Source: a virus. Taken from it: 62,147 nt of DNA. Location of the stretch: positions 1-62,147 of the IMG/VR virus record IMGVR_UViG_3300015203_000002; one strand, given 5' to 3'. How positions within the stretch are numbered: position 1 is the stretch's first letter; each line of letters begins with the position of its first letter. Below are positions 41,084 to 51,100 of this stretch, one piece after another. Under the pieces are notes generated by a model. The model saw only the letters and a program-made list of their open reading frames with translations. It ran no database searches and had not been told where the DNA came from. Position numbers and translations under genes: made by a program.

Positions 41084-41197
41084 TCCTCCTGTGCTCAGTA
41101 TAACGAGATGACCAATATTCTTGAGTGCGTGAAACTGGTAGCAAAAGGCTTGACTTGTCGTACATTTTGTCGTACTATAGAAGTGTGCCAAGTGAGG
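41084..41197. repeat. Divergent-promoter intergenic module, copy B (homologous to 38516..38633)
   Basis: Same conserved blocks as copy A. Confidence 0.8.
41149..41177 (+). promoter_or_regulatory. Promoter TTGACT-17-TACTAT (cassette B)
   Basis: Read directly. Confidence 0.6.
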
Positions 41198-41229
41198 TAC
41201 GAAACGAAAGCAGCAAGAGGAGAATAATT

Positions 41230-41574
41230 ATGGCAGTAGATCAATTAATCTGGAATAATGATCGTCAACAGTATTATGCATCGTTAGATGAGAAGAGAAC
41301 GCTCTATGTTGATGGAGATGCATTTCTAGAGGCCGTGCAAGACGCAAAGATGAGCGCACTTGCTGAGAAGTATCCTGAGATGAGCGAGGAAGAACTCGCC
41401 GTTTACGCAGATGAACATAGCGAGGATGAGGATGTTCAATCCTGCTACGCTCAGGCAAAAGAAGAGTTACTTGTCGTTGACATTTGGGAGAATGACGCGG
41501 TTCCTGTCGATGCCCAGGGGGAGCGTACCGATGGTGAGATAGGGCATTATGACGCATGGATAAAGGAGGAGTAA
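41230..41574 (+). CDS. Hypothetical acidic protein (114 aa)
   Basis: AGAGGAG RBS. The start MAVDQL was chosen inside ORF 41125..41574. Confidence 0.6.
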   Translation: MAVDQLIWNNDRQQYYASLDEKRTLYVDGDAFLEAVQDAKMSALAEKYPEMSEEELAVYADEHSEDEDVQSCYAQAKEELLVVDIWENDAVPVDAQGERTDGEIGHYDAWIKEE

Positions 41575-42020
41575 TGAGCAATACAGTTGACACGCAACCC
41601 CGTACGCAGTTTCGTAGTGGCGACTATCTTGATGCCAAACTTGAGGAGCGAGCGGTTCCGCTTGAGGATGAGCGACGCAAAAAGATCAGCAAGGACACTA
41701 TTGCCAAGCGTGACCTCACACGCTGGTACGATGCACTAGAAGAGAACCGCATCACCTTCACGCTAGAGGAAGCCATTCTCCTCTGTGATTGCTTGAATGG
41801 CGTCTCTTGCACCGCAGGCACGCTGTACGGAAACATCTACTGTGCTGAAGAGTTAGAGACCAGCGTGTTTGATGGTGATGCATTGCTTGACCGCATACGC
41901 ACTCTTGAGACGATGCAAGCGTGGTACGTGATTGACGCGGTTGAGCGAGCATGGAACGCGCCCACGTACGGCAATATTGATTTGAAAAAGCGCGTGATGC
42001 TTGTTGGTCTGGTGAAATGA
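41574..42020 (+). CDS. Hypothetical protein (148 aa)
   Basis: TAATG coupling. Confidence 0.6.
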   Translation: MSNTVDTQPRTQFRSGDYLDAKLEERAVPLEDERRKKISKDTIAKRDLTRWYDALEENRITFTLEEAILLCDCLNGVSCTAGTLYGNIYCAEELETSVFDGDALLDRIRTLETMQAWYVIDAVERAWNAPTYGNIDLKKRVMLVGLVK

Positions 42021-42496
42021 AACCATGCTCACTCTGCGGGGTGGATTTCACCCCATCAGGCAGGGGGAATTATCGCTATTGTCCAGCGTGCCGCAACAAA
42101 ATGAGGCATGGGCAAACGAACAAAAAGGCGTATTGGTTGCAAGAGGAAAAGCGTGCAAAGGAGCGAGCAGCGTTCTTTACCCTCCAACGCAAGCGCAAGG
42201 CACGACGAGCACGCATCGATACACGGCGTGCGCAAGAGGAAAAGGTCTGTTACTGGTGTGAGGGTGCAATCCCCAAGCATCGACTCAAGCATAACTCACA
42301 GCAACCCTTTTGTGGGCGTGCCTGCTTCGTAAAAGATCGACATGAAAGAAACACACTCACAGGCTTCTATTATGCCCTGAGCAAGAAGGGCAATGAAGCC
42401 CAATACCGGATAGAGATGGAGACAGGTACACGACCGGGATATGAGAAGCGTGTACAGCACATGAAACACTATAATGAGCGACGACGAAAGAAATAG
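42017..42496 (+). CDS. Basic Zn-ribbon protein (159 aa)
   Basis: CSLCGV...CPACRNK...CYWCEG...CGRAC. Lys/Arg-rich. Confidence 0.6.
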   Translation: MKPCSLCGVDFTPSGRGNYRYCPACRNKMRHGQTNKKAYWLQEEKRAKERAAFFTLQRKRKARRARIDTRRAQEEKVCYWCEGAIPKHRLKHNSQQPFCGRACFVKDRHERNTLTGFYYALSKKGNEAQYRIEMETGTRPGYEKRVQHMKHYNERRRKK

Positions 42497-42524
42497 CACT
42501 CGCATTGCGAGAGAGGAGCATAGC

Positions 42525-42890
42525 ATGGCCATCGATCAATCTCTGTTGCAGAAGACGGGATTTAGTTATATCTCACAGGAGGCTGCCCGTGTGTTGGTTG
42601 AGAATGGGGTGAGTGAGATAACAGGACCAAGCGAACGCTTATCTACTCACTTCACATTCCCAGAAGGGACACAGTATGAGCAAGATGGGCACGATCATAA
42701 TTTCACATTGCCCTGTGGGTGCCACCTGAAATATATTGATCAGTCCCTCACGGGCGCTGATTGGAATAACAAGTATTACCTTGTTTTGTATGTAGGGACT
42801 TTTTGCTCCTCTCATGATGAACTCACTGATGGGCAAAGGTCACAAGAATGCTACAGGATGGACGCAATGGAAACATTTAAAGGAGTATGA
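42525..42890 (+). CDS. Hypothetical protein (121 aa)
   Basis: GAGAGGAG RBS. Confidence 0.55.
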   Translation: MAIDQSLLQKTGFSYISQEAARVLVENGVSEITGPSERLSTHFTFPEGTQYEQDGHDHNFTLPCGCHLKYIDQSLTGADWNNKYYLVLYVGTFCSSHDELTDGQRSQECYRMDAMETFKGV

Positions 42891-42892
42891 AC

Positions 42893-43096
42893 ATGATTGA
42901 ATTACCACCACCACAAATGGTGCAAGTCGCTGATAATTACGAGGCACTCAGAGAACCGGGTGACCCCTATGATACCAGCCTGAGAGGGAAAACAGGCACC
43001 ATTGAAACAGAGAATACTAACGATGAGTGCCTCGTCAGGTTCGACGATGGTGGGTCAGTGTGGATTAAAAACCACTATCTGATTGAGATCGATTAA
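42893..43096 (+). CDS. Hypothetical SH3/KOW-like small protein (67 aa)
   Basis: GKTGTIETENTNDECLVRFDDGGSVWIKNHYL. Confidence 0.55.
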   Translation: MIELPPPQMVQVADNYEALREPGDPYDTSLRGKTGTIETENTNDECLVRFDDGGSVWIKNHYLIEID

Positions 43097-43100
43097 GCAT

Positions 43101-43141
43101 GAGAGGGAGACGCTGGTGTGAGCGTCTCCCTCTCTCTTTTT
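43101..43141 (+). terminator. Strong rho-independent terminator (14-bp stem; cassette B)
   Basis: GAGAGGGAGACGCT-ggtgtg-AGCGTCTCCCTCTC-TCTTTTTG. Confidence 0.85.
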
Positions 43142-43161
43142 GCCTTAATCTTACACAAAGA

Positions 43162-44040
43162 CTATACCCATATCGCCATATTCGTTTTCGGGTACCAGTG
43201 ACAAATGCCCCCTGTCCAGTTCTGTGCAACAATCGCAACGCCTCGATCATCGACGGTGTTATATTCCGGTCCGATGGGCACGCCGCGAAACCGACCAGCC
43301 GCTTTTTCCACATTAAACGCACTCTTGAATATACCGGTATCACGTGCAAGCGGTGCACCATACACAACGGTAAAGAAATGATCCATACTCTTCCACATGT
43401 CGATATTTGACTGATTATGCGTATCAGGCATGGCTGGGCCTCCTTCACTTGGGGGTACTGCTGATGTGGGTTGTGGCATCCACGGCGGTACTACGACGGT
43501 TGCGCTCACCAGTTGGAGCGGTTGCATGGTATAGCGCCGTGGTCCTGCTCGTAGGCTTGCAGGATCATAGAGATCGGTACAATTGGCACTATCGCGTGTA
43601 AGATAGGCATCTCCCGCCACGCCGGTGAGCAAGATTACATGGTTGCCTGACGCCTGCCACGGGTACGGGTTGCCTGACAGGTCTTGATCGAACACGCTCG
43701 ATTCGGCCACCGCCGCGCAAATGGGATAGCCGCACGCAAGCCACCCCATACATACGGCGTCCTCTAGGGCGATAGACTGATAATGCAAGCCGACTTGATG
43801 CAACAGGTCATACTCTTGTTGCAGGGTCATGCCGTACGTATTGGAGCCATCATTTTGCCCGTCGTATTGGCTGTAGGCATCCTCAGCGCGACCAATCACC
43901 TCTTGCATGCTCAGGATTGGGCTGTGTCCAGCCGGTGCCATGCTGAGCGCCATCATCACGGCAAAGTAGCCACACGCAAATTGTGTTTTTCCCGGCATAA
44001 ACTGGATCGCCTCTTGAAACGCTGCTACTTCATTCATCAT
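43162..44040 (-). CDS. Putative endolysin: papain/C39-like cysteine peptidase plus a C-terminal domain
   Basis: The catalytic Cys context is TQFACGYFAVMMAL and the His context is SGNHVILLTGV. It is the last gene of the late arm. Confidence 0.55.
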   Translation of the reverse strand: MMNEVAAFQEAIQFMPGKTQFACGYFAVMMALSMAPAGHSPILSMQEVIGRAEDAYSQYDGQNDGSNTYGMTLQQEYDLLHQVGLHYQSIALEDAVCMGWLACGYPICAAVAESSVFDQDLSGNPYPWQASGNHVILLTGVAGDAYLTRDSANCTDLYDPASLRAGPRRYTMQPLQLVSATVVVPPWMPQPTSAVPPSEGGPAMPDTHNQSNIDMWKSMDHFFTVVYGAPLARDTGIFKSAFNVEKAAGRFRGVPIGPEYNTVDDRGVAIVAQNWTGGICHWYPKTNMAIWV

Positions 44041-44051
44041 TAGGCTCCTTT

Positions 44052-44585
44052 CTAGGTACCAATCACGAGCAAGACACCATCACACACGACCGTACCACCG
44101 GTGGGCGTGATCATCGTATCCCACCCGCCGAGTATTTCCCCTTGCGAGATGTTGAGCACGCTGGTCACGTTGGCCGCCGTGCCCCCACCTGATGCGAGCG
44201 TCGTAACCACCGCAACGGTCGCATTAACTCCCACCAGTTGGAACGTCACGCCGGTCGTCGGCACGGCGCCACACCACATTTTTGAGCGGCCCGTGAACGG
44301 TACCGGCAACACAAGGCTTTGCGTGGCGCCGCCATTGTTACGGAACCCTGAGAACACAATCACCGCCATTTTCACGATGCCTTGTAGTGGTTGGTAAAGC
44401 GTCATACTCCCATTGGTGCTGCCATTCGTCACAATGGCAGCTGCATTGATCTTTGCCCCAAGCATCGTGAGAATACCCGCCACTGAGGTGATGTTGGGAT
44501 CGGTGGATGCACTATTCATTGCAAATAGCTGATTTTCCATATTATTCAAGAAAGTAGCACTTATACCAGGACTAGAACCGTTCAC
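44052..44585 (-). CDS. Tail fibre/tip-like protein (177 aa; start uncertain, GTG)
   Basis: Gly/Thr/Asn/Val-rich beta-type composition. Lies in the tail module. Confidence 0.55.
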   Translation of the reverse strand: MNGSSPGISATFLNNMENQLFAMNSASTDPNITSVAGILTMLGAKINAAAIVTNGSTNGSMTLYQPLQGIVKMAVIVFSGFRNNGGATQSLVLPVPFTGRSKMWCGAVPTTGVTFQLVGVNATVAVVTTLASGGGTAANVTSVLNISQGEILGGWDTMITPTGGTVVCDGVLLVIGT

Positions 44586-44682
44586 GAATGGGCCTGTCTT
44601 TACATAAGGAATCGCACACCTGTCTTTCTCATCCTCTCCTCAACACCTTTCAAAAGATGCTCAAGACAAGATGTAAAGTATT

Positions 44683-45066
44683 TTAAGTAAATGTTAGATC
44701 GAGCGTCACTTGCAAACTTTCAAGATTGGTCTTGGGGTTGTGGGCATAGAGACCGTGCGCAATCAAGACGCCGGTATTGGCCGCGCTGGTCGCGCTACTG
44801 CCACCAAACACGCCCACTTCTTCGATATCCGTGCCTACCGTGTCACCAGGCGCAATATACGTGCTAATCAAGATTTCACCGCTTGCTCCAATCGTGTACG
44901 ACGTGACCGCTTTGCGGAACACTTCATTGCCAAGCAGCACATCATTGACGGTCGGTGCCACGCTACTTGACCCAAGCGCAATATAGGTGATGAGTGGGTT
45001 TTGTGCCCCACTGAGCGCGTCTCTGAGCAGGTTCAACCCTAGGTTTGTCTTCACTATAGCCGCCAT
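44683..45066 (-). CDS. Tail-collar-fibre-like protein (DUF3751-like pattern)
   Basis: NLGLNLLRDALSG...ITYIALGSSSVAPTVNDVLLGNEVFRKAV...IEEVGVFGG. Confidence 0.5.
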   Translation of the reverse strand: MAAIVKTNLGLNLLRDALSGAQNPLITYIALGSSSVAPTVNDVLLGNEVFRKAVTSYTIGASGEILISTYIAPGDTVGTDIEEVGVFGGSSATSAANTGVLIAHGLYAHNPKTNLESLQVTLDLTFT

Positions 45067-45076
45067 TGCTCACCTC

Positions 45077-46633
45077 TTAACAAGCAAATAACGTTAATGA
45101 AGGCAGTAACGTTATGTTGGGAATAGGACAACTATACACAGTGACTACGAGTGAGAGCGTTTCTGCGATCGTTGACGTGAATGATGATAATAATTGTGCG
45201 GTTTGACTGGTACCCACGTTAATGCTATTTGCCGGTGTTTGCTGCAATAACAACTTACTAAAGAACGACACCCATGTCGTATCACTAGGGCCTTGCACCA
45301 TCGTGACCGTATACCAAATGTTCACGAGATCGCTTTGATCGCTCGCAACCACATTCTCAACCAGCATTTGCACGTTGTTCAGCGCGTGCATTGGCAAATT
45401 AACGGGGCACAATTGACCAGGGGCATAGCCCGCCGTCATGGTCGTGAATTGCAGGATCGTGCCTTGTACGGCGTAGCGTGTGAGCAGTTGCGAGGCTTCG
45501 GCCAACCCATTCGCCACACTGGTGATGGTCGGGTCACTGAGCACATCCTCCACAATACCGCTTGACCCATCAATGGAGGCTTGATACGCAATTTGCGCAT
45601 TATTGGCACTCACCACGATTGACGGGAATTGCCCAACATACACGACTTGCAAGGTATCGGTACTGATCAACTTGACCGCCGCGCTATCCTGCGTGATCAC
45701 CGGGTCTCCTGATCCCCAATAGAAGTCTTTGCCGGTATCCACACCTTTAATCCCCATCACTTTTGCGGTACCATTGACCGTTACGGTAGGCACGGTCAAG
45801 AGGTCATAGCCCATTGCCCACGCCTGCGTGTTCCCGTCACCTTTGCGTATTTCCGTTTGTGTGAGCGTCTGACCCACACCGCCAACAATGTATTGTGTGT
45901 TTCTATAAGAAGGGTTTTGCCGGGTGACTGTACAGGCGTTGCTCCTCTGCTCGATCGTCGTGCCATCGACACTAGGACCGGTCACCGCCGTGTAGGGCAC
46001 AAACCACAATTGCTTGTATTGATCGATCATCCAGTAGTAGAGGACGCCCGAGGCACTTGCCGCAGTCGTGAGCGCGTCTAGGATATCGCTCACCTTGCCA
46101 TTGGTAAACACCGCGCTTGGAATAAGCCCCACGTTGCCACCAGGGTACAGCGTGGTTGCAGGGTAGAGCGTCGTTGAGGGCGTCAATCCGTCATAGATTT
46201 GTGCAATCGTCACGCCTTCTTGCGCGAGGATAGCGGTTGCAACGGTTTGCACGATAAAGCCACATGTTTTATTGGTAAATGAGCCAGTATAGCGCCGTTT
46301 ATCCGCGAGAAAGTGTTGATCGACACAGGAAAGCGTATGCATGAGCGAGGGTTGATACCCCGGTTTCTGCTCTTTGGGACTCATGATATAGCCACTAAAG
46401 ACGAGCGTACTATAGCGATCGATGATACTCATTTGTTGGTACTGCTGAAAATGCGTTGCCAGTGTGCTATGGAGCGTAAAATTGGCAGTACCGCGCCTGC
46501 CGACCGTGTTGGTGAAGGTGACTGAGCCTGCTTGTACATCAGTCAGCGGTGTGCCTCCAACAGAGACGGTATAGCCGGTCGTATCGCTATAGAGAAACGG
46601 CGCACCGAACGCTCGCTGTGCATACTTTGCCAT
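45077..46633 (-). CDS. Tail tip/baseplate-hub-like minor tail protein (518 aa)
   Basis: Called from its position after the tape measure and from its size. No specific motif recognised. Confidence 0.6.
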   Translation of the reverse strand: MAKYAQRAFGAPFLYSDTTGYTVSVGGTPLTDVQAGSVTFTNTVGRRGTANFTLHSTLATHFQQYQQMSIIDRYSTLVFSGYIMSPKEQKPGYQPSLMHTLSCVDQHFLADKRRYTGSFTNKTCGFIVQTVATAILAQEGVTIAQIYDGLTPSTTLYPATTLYPGGNVGLIPSAVFTNGKVSDILDALTTAASASGVLYYWMIDQYKQLWFVPYTAVTGPSVDGTTIEQRSNACTVTRQNPSYRNTQYIVGGVGQTLTQTEIRKGDGNTQAWAMGYDLLTVPTVTVNGTAKVMGIKGVDTGKDFYWGSGDPVITQDSAAVKLISTDTLQVVYVGQFPSIVVSANNAQIAYQASIDGSSGIVEDVLSDPTITSVANGLAEASQLLTRYAVQGTILQFTTMTAGYAPGQLCPVNLPMHALNNVQMLVENVVASDQSDLVNIWYTVTMVQGPSDTTWVSFFSKLLLQQTPANSINVGTSQTAQLLSSFTSTIAETLSLVVTVYSCPIPNITLLPSLTLFAC

Positions 46634-46634
46634 A

Positions 46635-46943
46635 TCAGGTAATGCTGGTCAGGGTGGTAGTGACATTCACAGCGTCCGATTCGGTGATGCTTCCTCCTGA
46701 TGCGGTATAGATACTCTTTATATGAGTATTATCGCCACTGATATCAACCCCATGCAATTCAAGCGTCTCTCCTTCTGACAGGCGGATATAGCGTGCAGCC
46801 CACCCGCTTGCATCGGGGTTGCGGTTAAGGGTGATGGTATCCGTTCCGTGTACAAGACATACATATCCGATATCGGTGTACCATGTGTAGAAGTACACAT
46901 CATAACTACTCGTCAAGTGCTTGTAAGCGAGTGTGACATCCAT
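46635..46943 (-). CDS. Hypothetical tail-module protein (102 aa)
   Basis: Start chosen at MDVTLAY after AAGGGAG. Confidence 0.55.
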   Translation of the reverse strand: MDVTLAYKHLTSSYDVYFYTWYTDIGYVCLVHGTDTITLNRNPDASGWAARYIRLSEGETLELHGVDISGDNTHIKSIYTASGGSITESDAVNVTTTLTSIT

Positions 46944-46963
46944 TGGAAAGACTCCCTTTCTGC

Positions 46964-48187
46964 CTATGACCAAAACACCGTTAATGCAGGCATAGACGCC
47001 CCTCCGAGCATCGTAATGCCATTCGTGCAGTTGACGCCGTTTGCCGGGGTATTGGAGTTTGCCCCAATGGCGGCGGTGCCGACAATCCCGATGATCTTGC
47101 CTGATGCCGCGCTTGCGTTGTCAAACGCCGTTGGAACACCCACCGCGTTCGTCGTGGCAAGAATACCGTAGAGCGTGCCTGCACTGGCTTTGATCACCGT
47201 AGGACCAGCCGCCGCCGCCGCAATAGCCGTGCTGCTACACCCGGCTGTACGCAACCCACCAACGTTATCCACCGTCACTTGTCGCCACGGAAACGTTGCA
47301 TCAGCAATCTGAAAGTGGTGCCGTGCGGTATCGGCCATCGTGACCGTGTTCACCTGTAGCAAGCCACTGCTGAGCGGTGCCACTGATCCCGCAATCGCTT
47401 GAAATTTGATCGGCAAAATGTTGACATCTGGTCCCGGTGCACCTGTGAGTGTTTGTGCCACGACCGTATCAGGGCTATCAATGCAAAAGAAGATGCGATC
47501 ACCTCTGTAGTAGATGAAGTACAAGTGCACGCTTGCATTTTGCGGTTGTTTGCTATTGCCGGTCGTGGTAGATAAATCCTGTATCACGACACGTGCACCA
47601 CTTTGATAGGTGACGGCGTACATCTTGCCATCAGTCGCCACTTCAAACCCACACGCATTCGTGAGTGGGAGCGCGGCCGTGGGCGTGGCTGGTGACGTAC
47701 CAATCCCCCAGAAAAAGTACTGATTGATGACGGTCGGAAACGCGATATTGATGCCGGTGTAAAACAGCAACCAGCCAGGGTTAACCGGTGGGAAGGTTGT
47801 CACACTCTCAAGGTAGGAATAGCCGCCGATGGTGGTACCGGTGGCAAGCACGGTATTCGTGAGCGCATTGGTCGCTGCTACGCCTCCACCGGCTGCTGTG
47901 GGCGCTTTCCATTTGTTCGTCACGTCCAGCGTAGAGGTATCGAACCCGTCCTGAAAGAGTTGCGCCGGGTCTTCCTGTACACGCATCGCGCCCCCTGCAA
48001 ACACGGTTGCGAAATAGGGATCAGTGGCAGGAGGACCGCCCACGACAAGGACCGCGCCGGTGGTCGTGTTGTTACTGCCATCAATCGCGCCGGGCGCTCC
48101 CTGTAAGCCTTGGAAGCCAAGTCCCGGTACATACACCTGTGAGATCGGGATACCTTGCGCATCCTTGAGCGACGTGCCATAGGGCAT
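46964..48187 (-). CDS. Gly/Thr/Ala-rich structural protein (407 aa) in the position of a distal tail protein
   Basis: Lies immediately downstream of the tape measure. Beta-rich composition. Confidence 0.6.
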   Translation of the reverse strand: MPYGTSLKDAQGIPISQVYVPGLGFQGLQGAPGAIDGSNNTTTGAVLVVGGPPATDPYFATVFAGGAMRVQEDPAQLFQDGFDTSTLDVTNKWKAPTAAGGGVAATNALTNTVLATGTTIGGYSYLESVTTFPPVNPGWLLFYTGINIAFPTVINQYFFWGIGTSPATPTAALPLTNACGFEVATDGKMYAVTYQSGARVVIQDLSTTTGNSKQPQNASVHLYFIYYRGDRIFFCIDSPDTVVAQTLTGAPGPDVNILPIKFQAIAGSVAPLSSGLLQVNTVTMADTARHHFQIADATFPWRQVTVDNVGGLRTAGCSSTAIAAAAAGPTVIKASAGTLYGILATTNAVGVPTAFDNASAASGKIIGIVGTAAIGANSNTPANGVNCTNGITMLGGASMPALTVFWS

Positions 48188-48198
48188 AGAACACTCCT

Positions 48199-51100
48199 TT
48201 AGATATTGTGCGTTCCAACGTTATTGCGAACAGCAGAGACGAAATACGGCATAAAGACGGTGGCAAATTGCACGCCGTCGAGTTGCATGATGATTGGTTG
48301 TCCCCCTGCCTGTGAAGTCGATCCTCCTGAGCGCAGGGCATTGTTGGGCGTGATTTGTGCTCCACGCGGCACGTACATGACTTCAGGCCCTTTTTCCCCC
48401 ACAACGGAAAGTCCACCGGCTGCAAACGACGTACCATCGGCATAGCCCACGTACGCTTTCCCTGCCATCATGGAGGCAATACCGGGCACATTCAGCACAC
48501 TGCCATAGCGCGATTTAATGTAGTTGATGGCCGCCGCCGCATTGTCGATAGGATTGAGGATATTGCCGTGACCCGCCACCATATACGCGGCAAACGTGCT
48601 AGGGATCGTTTGCATAAGCCCCTGTGAGGGGTGTCCTGCCTGAGCGTTCGAGTCGGTCAGGTTGATAGCTGATGGGTTCCCACCGCTCTCATGCATTGCA
48701 ATGGAGGCAAGCGCCCCAAGCCAGTTCATCGGTACGCCGGTCAGTCCCATCGCGCTCAGCAGCCACGAGGTAACGTTTCCGGGTACATTGACTGCCGTCC
48801 CCCCAAGGCTGGACAGGGAAGGGAGCACGGTTTTGATCCATGCGAGCACCATATCCTTGACTTTGCCCATCGTGCCGCTTGCTAACTGTGAGAGTTGACC
48901 GGGTAACACGAGTTTGATGTTGAACTGTGAGATCATGCTATCGAGTACCTTCCCAGCGCCGCCTGTGATCCACGAGGCTATATCACTGGTCATACTCTTG
49001 ATCGTGCCCCCTATCGCGCCCAACACGTCACCTACGCCACCTGCATAACCCGGTACACTCCCTAAGAGCGACGCCGTTTGTGTGGCAGGTAGCACGCTTG
49101 CACCACGTGGAAGAGACACCAGTTCAGGCCCTTTTTCCCCCACGATTGCCATGCCACCGGGATGCCCACTTGTGCCATCTGCGTAGGATGGGATGCGTCC
49201 TATGGCAAAGTGAGGGACAGGACTACCCGCGCCAAGTTTCCCGGCGATCCAGTCAACGCCTGACCCCATCAGGTTGACAAAATTCTCTATTCCCGTGACG
49301 CCAAGGTTGAGCGCGTTGATGATCCCGTTGACGAAAGCATGGAACCCAGAGGATATCCCGGCATTCATAGAGGACATCCAGCGCGTCGTGGCGTTATTGG
49401 CCGAGTTGTACCCATTGGCGATAGAGGTGCCGAGGTTGTGTATCCAATTGCCTACGGCGTTATCGAGATCCCCGTACCCTTTGTTCGTGCGCTGGTTCAT
49501 GGAGGCAAACCAATTGCTCGTATCGTTATTTGCGCGGTTATAGCCGCTTTTGATGGTATTGCCCATGTCGTTGAACCAGTTGGTGGTTGCATCATTGGCG
49601 CGGTCGTACCAGCCTTTACGTGCCTCAAGGTCTTGCGCGGCTAACTCCTTGAGCTTCTGTAGGTGTTGCTGTTTCTCTTTTTCGGTTTGTGCAATATTGT
49701 CGTTCGCTTGCTTGATCGAGGTGTCCAACGACTTGAGGCGTTGTTGTTCCCTGATCTTATCGGCTCCATCGGCCATACTTTTGAGTTTGTCCAGCACGCC
49801 GGTTCGCTCTTTTTCGAGGTTGGCAAGGACGCCCTGTTGCTGCTGATCTGTCTTTTGGAGAGCAGCCACTTTCATATTTTCATGCGAAATCGCGGTTTTG
49901 ATGGCGGCATCGTTGACGCGACCCGTGATCCAATCCATGATCGCGCCCCAATGCTGTACGGCCAAGATGATCCCCACAACCACGAGGGCTATGAGCGCGC
50001 CAATAGCGAGGATAGGCCAGGTAGCGGCAATAGTGGCAATGGCCGCTAACCCAGCAGCATACGCCCATGACGCGAACGCGACCACCAGCGAGGCGATAAT
50101 AGCCCCTGAGACGGCAAGAAGCGCGCCTTTGAGCAAGATCATTTGCGGTGAGGTGTCGTTAATCCACTCCTGTACCCGGTTCCCGGTCGTGATCCATGCT
50201 GTGAAGCTCGTGATCACCGGCGTGATGGCACCCACGATGCCCGTGATGCTAGGAAGCAACTTCTGCCCAAGATCGATCATCAGCACTTGCACCGCCGCAC
50301 TCGCTTCACTCATTTTCTGATTAAAGCCTGATTGGGTGATCGCCCAAGCCTCTTGCGTCTTCTTTGCCATTTCTTGCTTGTTGGAGAGCGTGGCGAGGTC
50401 GCTGTTATAGACGCCGATATGCGTGGCGATGGTATTGATCGCCTGCGCCGCTTGCAGGGTAACACCAGTCACCTTGACATGTTTTGCGGTTGCCTCGTCA
50501 AGGGCGCGGTTGAGATACACCACCTTATCCCCGTAACTCATGGCGTTAAACTTGGTCTCATTAAAGGCAATGCCTGATTTATTCAGCGACTTGACCACTG
50601 TGCCAATATTGCCGTCCATGACCTTGAGCGAGGCTTGAAAATCGGTACTCGCCTGTGCCGCTCGAATGCCTGAGGAAGTCATCGTTGCCCACGCCGCATT
50701 CATCGTCTCCATACTGACGTGAAACTGAGCCGCCGCGCTTGCACTCTTCACAATTGTCGTCGCGTACTGCTCAAACGTCGCCTTACCAAGCGTCACCGTT
50801 TGCAGCATTTCCCCGTTGACTCGTGTGGCATCCCCTACTTTTGTGGAGAACGACGCCATCACGTTAGTTAATGCATCAGAGGCAACAGAGGCAGAAGTCA
50901 TGCCAATCTTACTATCTTGTACGGACAACGTGAGCACCCTCATTGCATCGGCACCCTTGTACCCGGCTGATAACACGTTGTAGAGTCCATCGGCAAGCGC
51001 CTTTGGAGCCACACCAGCACTGACGGCAAGCGTTTTGAGGCTGCTATCATAGAGTTGCATTTGTGCAGTGGAGGAGCCGGTCAGTGCTTGCACTTTGTTC

